Source: a virus (lineage: Duplodnaviria > Caudoviricetes). Taken from it: a DNA stretch of 61,781 nt. The DNA lies in the IMG/VR virus record IMGVR_UViG_3300038962_000198, positions 1 through 61,781 of that record. One strand, written 5' to 3'. Below the pieces are notes generated by a model, which did no database searches, was not told the DNA's origin, and was given only the letters and a program-made list of their open reading frames with translations. The position numbers were made by a program, and so were the translations under genes. Below are positions 57,742 to 61,781 of the stretch, piece after piece (position 1 is the stretch's first letter; every line of letters starts with the position of its first letter).

Positions 57742-57963
57742 TCACCTGCTGTTGTCAAGAGTTAAACCATTGCTTTGGACGAATTGTGTTATGATGTCCT
57801 CTATGCTATGTACATGATTCCAATAGTTTATTGATCCTCGACTCCATTCTTGCTGGCCATTCACCTCCTTTGGATAGAAAACATTAGCTATATCTTCAGC
57901 TAAAAACTTATAGTCGTCTACGTTTTTAGTATTATTAGTATCCATGGTCTGTTTCAGGAACAC
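57742..57963 (-). CDS. Hypothetical protein
   Basis: Small ORF filling the gap. Probable start is the internal MDTNN. Confidence 0.45.
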   Translation of the reverse strand: MFLKQTMDTNNTKNVDDYKFLAEDIANVFYPKEVNGQQEWSRGSINYWNHVHSIEDIITQFVQSNGLTLDNSR

Positions 57964-58291
57964 ATTTACCTTCTTTTTCTATATAGCCCTTATTACAGTT
58001 AGGAGGATATCCAGCTACTTTGTCTGCATGAGACGATAACGTGGAGGCTGTTGCTACAATAGCAGTAGCGCTATAGCCTTTTTCATACATCCAATCTGTA
58101 ATAACTTTAATATCGCTAGTGTCAAAATATATATTATTTTTCGTAGCCTTTTGAGAAAATTTTTCTGGGCCTTCTATCGCAACGCCTTGTTTAATAGCCT
58201 TTTTTTTGGCATCTGGACCAGTGTAACATTTACCTTTATTTCCCCATTTGTAACCGCTTTTTTGATTTTCTGTGCATTTTTTTAGAGGCAT
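57935..58291 (-). CDS. Hypothetical protein
   Basis: GYKWGNKGKCYTG and GYPPNC...GKCVP motifs. Confidence 0.6.
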   Translation of the reverse strand: MPLKKCTENQKSGYKWGNKGKCYTGPDAKKKAIKQGVAIEGPEKFSQKATKNNIYFDTSDIKVITDWMYEKGYSATAIVATASTLSSHADKVAGYPPNCNKGYIEKEGKCVPETDHGY

Positions 58292-58361
58292 TATTATTCC
58301 CTTCTGTCTTATAAGTCTTAGATTTTAGCGAAACCTCATTAATTTATACACCAGATTAAAG

Positions 58362-58838
58362 CTATTTTGCTAATATATAACCACATGCTTTTTCAATAAG
58401 ATCTCTAGAAGAATAGGTTTTACTGTCTCCGTATCCATATTTTAAGTGTATATTATGGGCATTGCAAAACTCTACTTCAGGAGTACAGGCTGAATTAGGA
58501 TCTCTGTCTCCCCCGTTGAAAAAATAAAAATTACACCCCTTTGTTGAGCTTGAGCATGTCAACATCATATGATTATGAATAGAAGATAGGCTTTGTAATA
58601 TGCTAGTGTCTTGATCAATAGACAAAAAGGCTTGATCTACATATTGAATATGTTGTACGATATAGCATCTAGCCACTTCGTCTAAGAATGGAACAGATTT
58701 TTTTAATTTTACTTGATGATCATTATTAACTATTGCTATTAATAGACAGTTAGGATATTCTAGTTTAATCTCTTGCATCATACTAATATGTCCCGGATGA
58801 ATGGGATTGAAATATCCTGATACAATACATATATTCAT
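58362..58838 (-). CDS. Cytidyltransferase-like (HxGH) nucleotidyltransferase, RfaE2/TagD-like
   Basis: VSGYFNPIHPGH, NGGDR and K..SS motifs. Confidence 0.85.
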   Translation of the reverse strand: MNICIVSGYFNPIHPGHISMMQEIKLEYPNCLLIAIVNNDHQVKLKKSVPFLDEVARCYIVQHIQYVDQAFLSIDQDTSILQSLSSIHNHMMLTCSSSTKGCNFYFFNGGDRDPNSACTPEVEFCNAHNIHLKYGYGDSKTYSSRDLIEKACGYILAK

Positions 58839-58858
58839 TTAATCACCTTTCTATTATT

Positions 58859-59809
58859 TTAAACGGTGTTCAATAATATATTCGACACACCCTCTGTTTC
58901 TAATGAAAAGTCTAGCACTTGCGTTTTAAATATCTCCTTTGCTTTTTTTATGGAGTGGAGAGACCCTATAGCCAATACGAATCCGCTTCCTCCACTTCCT
59001 AGTAACTTAAACCCGTAAAATTTATGCCTTATTAATATTGTTGAAATTTCCTCTACCTGAGAAGTAGTAATGAGGTCAGAAAAAGATTTTTTGATTTCCC
59101 AACTTTTTAATAATAACTTACCTATAGCAGGAACATCTTCAGATTTAAAACAATTAAGTGATTCGCGAGCTATGGATAATAAATCTATTTTATTTTTGTT
59201 TTCGTGAGACTTAGGGATTTCATTATTTGTTCTTTGACCGTTGGTATAAATCAATATCATACGCCTAGATAGGTAATTTATAAATTCTTCTGAAATAGAA
59301 AGCGGTTTAACATAAAACGTTCCATCTGTTTTAATTTCAATTATATTAAAACCACCATACGTAGCCCATATTTGATCTTGGATTCCACCACTCTCATTTA
59401 ATATATGTCTTTCTATTTCAATAGCAATTTGAGAGATAGCTTTATTATTTAAGTCTGGTTTCAATGCCTTAATCAACGAAACGCAAAAGGCAGAAGAGCC
59501 TCCTAGTCCTGTTCGAGATGGAATGTCAGAAAAAAAATGTAAGTCTACAGAATCTTTTATATTAAAATATTTTAAAGTTTCTCTAATAAGTGGATGTTGA
59601 ATGTCTTTAATTTGCGTTGGAGTTTCCAATTGAGAATATGCGATTACACTATTATCCGACACTATAGGAGGTCTAAACCTAAAAGACGTATAGATATACT
59701 TGTCTATAGTGGATCCTATTATTAACGAACCATGATCCCTGTAGAAGGATTCATAGTCAGTCGACCCCCCAAACAATGATATCCTAAATGGTGCTCTAGT
59801 AATAATCAT
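58859..59809 (-). CDS. GHMP sugar kinase, D-glycero-alpha-D-manno-heptose-7-phosphate kinase (HddA)-like
   Basis: RAPFRISLFGGSTD, DIPSRTGLGGSS, GIQDQ..A.YGGFN and KLLGSGGSGF motifs. Confidence 0.85.
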   Translation of the reverse strand: MIITRAPFRISLFGGSTDYESFYRDHGSLIIGSTIDKYIYTSFRFRPPIVSDNSVIAYSQLETPTQIKDIQHPLIRETLKYFNIKDSVDLHFFSDIPSRTGLGGSSAFCVSLIKALKPDLNNKAISQIAIEIERHILNESGGIQDQIWATYGGFNIIEIKTDGTFYVKPLSISEEFINYLSRRMILIYTNGQRTNNEIPKSHENKNKIDLLSIARESLNCFKSEDVPAIGKLLLKSWEIKKSFSDLITTSQVEEISTILIRHKFYGFKLLGSGGSGFVLAIGSLHSIKKAKEIFKTQVLDFSLETEGVSNILLNTV

Positions 59810-60754
59810 TTAATAATTTTTACACTTATCTATATCGTCCTGTGATAAAAGGTTATAAAAGCTACTCATTTCTCTAACCCCCTCTTCTAGTCCAATTCTA
59901 CATCTGTAACCAAGATTGTATAATTTTTGACTACTTACAATATAGTCTCGTTTATCAGGATCTGTTTGAGACGTGTCAATACTATATGTGGCTTTTAAAA
60001 GATGGCAGATATTGTAGACTAATTGCATCTTAGTCATATTAAGCTTATCGTTACCTAAGTTATACACATTGCCATATACCTCATCAGGCTCATCGTAGTT
60101 AATAATGAATAAAAATGCTGCTACAATATCCTTAATATGTATATAATTCCTTCTAAATTGACCATCGAAGATCTTAATCTCACCGTCATCCTTAGCTATC
60201 TTGACTAAGTTGTTAATTAGTAAATCGGTTCTGGGGCGATAAGACCAACCAAATACTGTTGCAAGTCTAAAACATATAGCTTTGTCGTATGAATTAATTA
60301 GTATGTCTTCGCTATTCTGTTTGGTTTGTGCATATAAAGAAATTGGTTTCGATGGAGTTTCTTCAGTGCATATTTCTTCTCCAGTGCTTCCATATCCAGA
60401 ATTGGTATTTGGATACATTACTACTTGATTATTTAAATAATTTAATAATTTATTAAACCATCTATAGTTTGTTTCGATTGCCAACTCTTTATTTTGTTCA
60501 CATAATGGCGCCCCAACCAATGCGGCTAAAGGAATTATAATATCTGCTTTATCTAATTCGTTAATTAAATTGTCGGACCAGTCATTAATATCCTCTCGAT
60601 AGAACTTTACTCTTTTGTGGGTTAGTGGTTTTCCCACCAAGGTTCCTTGGTCATACAACAAATTATCAAATACAGCCACTTCGGCTATGTCTGTTAGTTG
60701 TGCTATTAAGCTAGAACCTATATAGCCTGCACCTCCAGTTATTAATATGTTCAT
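59810..60754 (-). CDS. NAD-dependent sugar epimerase/dehydratase
   Basis: ITGGAGYIGS, LAALVG, YAQTK (YxxxK), RLATVFG and RNYIHIKD motifs. Start refined to 60754. Confidence 0.9.
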   Translation of the reverse strand: MNILITGGAGYIGSSLIAQLTDIAEVAVFDNLLYDQGTLVGKPLTHKRVKFYREDINDWSDNLINELDKADIIIPLAALVGAPLCEQNKELAIETNYRWFNKLLNYLNNQVVMYPNTNSGYGSTGEEICTEETPSKPISLYAQTKQNSEDILINSYDKAICFRLATVFGWSYRPRTDLLINNLVKIAKDDGEIKIFDGQFRRNYIHIKDIVAAFLFIINYDEPDEVYGNVYNLGNDKLNMTKMQLVYNICHLLKATYSIDTSQTDPDKRDYIVSSQKLYNLGYRCRIGLEEGVREMSSFYNLLSQDDIDKCKNY

Positions 60755-60768
60755 GTTGACCTTCCACT

Positions 60769-61674
60769 TCAAGATATAAAATTTTTATCATCATAAGCTC
60801 TTGTATAATTAGTATAGTCATATTTTAGACTAACTAGATCTATATCGTTTTCCTTAAGTAGCGATAAAAAGAAATTGAATTGATTTTTTAAGTTGGATTT
60901 GGTATTGTCGATAGGCAAGTGCCTTTTCATCATGTAGTTAAACATAAACTTATATTCCGCTGGAACCGTAACTGGTTCAGCTGAAGGATTGTTAGGGTCT
61001 TCATCATAATCATAATAATCTATAACATCATCTACGGGTCCGATAGTACAAATATCACTAATGTACATTCTAGTTAGGTTGTTCTCATTTTGAATTGAAT
61101 TATGTGCAGCTATCTCCAATAAATACTGGTTAATATTTTCAAACGGTTTTGTGAAATTTGTGAATGGATAGTCTTTTTGGTATAGAAAGCCAAGTCTGGA
61201 ATAATCCACTAAGTTTAAAAACTTATCCAAAGGGGAAAATACTAAATCAGACCTTATTTTAAGACAGTACTTAGCTCCCAGAGATTTCGCATACTCTAAT
61301 CCAATTTTTGTTGAGCGAGCCTGAAGGTTTATGTTACCAAATCCTGAATTTATCGGTTTCTTAGAGACTACAGGATTGATATGGCTTTCGTATATTAGAC
61401 TCATAGCTCTTAAGCTAATGTCATCATCTAACGACCAGACTATATTCTTGTAGCCTTTATAATTATTTAGGATTTCGGCAATGTGATTGGTGTGCCCCTG
61501 TATTACAACAAATAAATCATCATCGAAAGAATTTTTTTTAATGCAGTTTTCACACTCACACCCACCCTTTTTCTCTTGCTGCCAATAACTAATAGGTGTA
61601 TTATTACTTTCAGGATTAAGTAATCTCGTTTGTTCACTGAAGGCGTTTTCAACTCCACTTGAATAAGAATTCAT
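60769..61674 (-). CDS. WavE-like lipopolysaccharide synthesis protein
   Basis: VVIQG, GNINLQARSTKIGL and YCLKIRSD motifs. Confidence 0.6.
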   Translation of the reverse strand: MNSYSSGVENAFSEQTRLLNPESNNTPISYWQQEKKGGCECENCIKKNSFDDDLFVVIQGHTNHIAEILNNYKGYKNIVWSLDDDISLRAMSLIYESHINPVVSKKPINSGFGNINLQARSTKIGLEYAKSLGAKYCLKIRSDLVFSPLDKFLNLVDYSRLGFLYQKDYPFTNFTKPFENINQYLLEIAAHNSIQNENNLTRMYISDICTIGPVDDVIDYYDYDEDPNNPSAEPVTVPAEYKFMFNYMMKRHLPIDNTKSNLKNQFNFFLSLLKENDIDLVSLKYDYTNYTRAYDDKNFIS

Positions 61675-61781
61675 TACTTGTCTCCGAAGGGGTTTATAAA
61701 TTCAATTCCACGTTCTTGTAGATCATCACACTTAGATATAATCTCGTCCGCAAAATTCCAGCTTAAAAGCAATACATAGCT
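61674..61781 (-). CDS. C-terminal end of a probable NDP-sugar C-methyltransferase (truncated by window edge)
   Basis: Translates as SYVLLLSWNFADEIISKCDDLQERGIEFINPFGDK*, matching the YxLLLxWNxxxEI...FIxP tail of such enzymes. Its stop overlaps the next ATG (TAATG). Confidence 0.6.
   Translation of the reverse strand, partial: SYVLLLSWNFADEIISKCDDLQERGIEFINPFGDK

Noticed and set aside
1-61781. Stop-codon reassignment as in some large phages
   Set aside because: Conserved genes are full length and densely packed under the standard code, and TAA, TAG and TGA all end credible genes.
1-61781. Bacterial chromosome segment
   Set aside because: There are no ribosomal or core metabolic operons. Replication, nucleotide and virion-like genes are densely clustered and divergent, as in large phages.

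Overview
This AT-rich, gene-dense 61.8 kb window is most consistent with part of a large tailed dsDNA bacteriophage genome. It uses the standard genetic code, and I saw no rRNA, tRNA or CRISPR array. A Planctomycetota-like host is inferred mainly from a Tat-signal DUF1501 gene. From 1 to 13007 (+ strand) it carries the probable end of a tape-measure gene, large tail/baseplate-like genes, a Cys-rich matrixin-domain protein and PhoH. From 13004 to 61781 all credible genes are on the - strand. These include a saccharopine-dehydrogenase-like enzyme, an actin-fold ATPase, DnaJ, a glycosyl/nucleotidyl-transferase cluster, a sigma-70 factor, and a DnaE polymerase split into two genes with a DnaQ-like exonuclease between them. 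Further along are a Cas4-like nuclease, dNMP kinase, primase, DnaB, RecA, class II RNR, dCMP deaminase, ThyA, dUTPase, SSB, ClpP, two trypsin-like proteases and a sugar-nucleotide cluster. The strongest unexplained signal is a non-coding array at about 30905-31157. It holds three divergent ~70-nt units that each fold on the - strand into the same pseudoknot with compensatory base changes, and it sits between two nuclease genes. All protein calls come from motif recognition by eye; no database searches were run.
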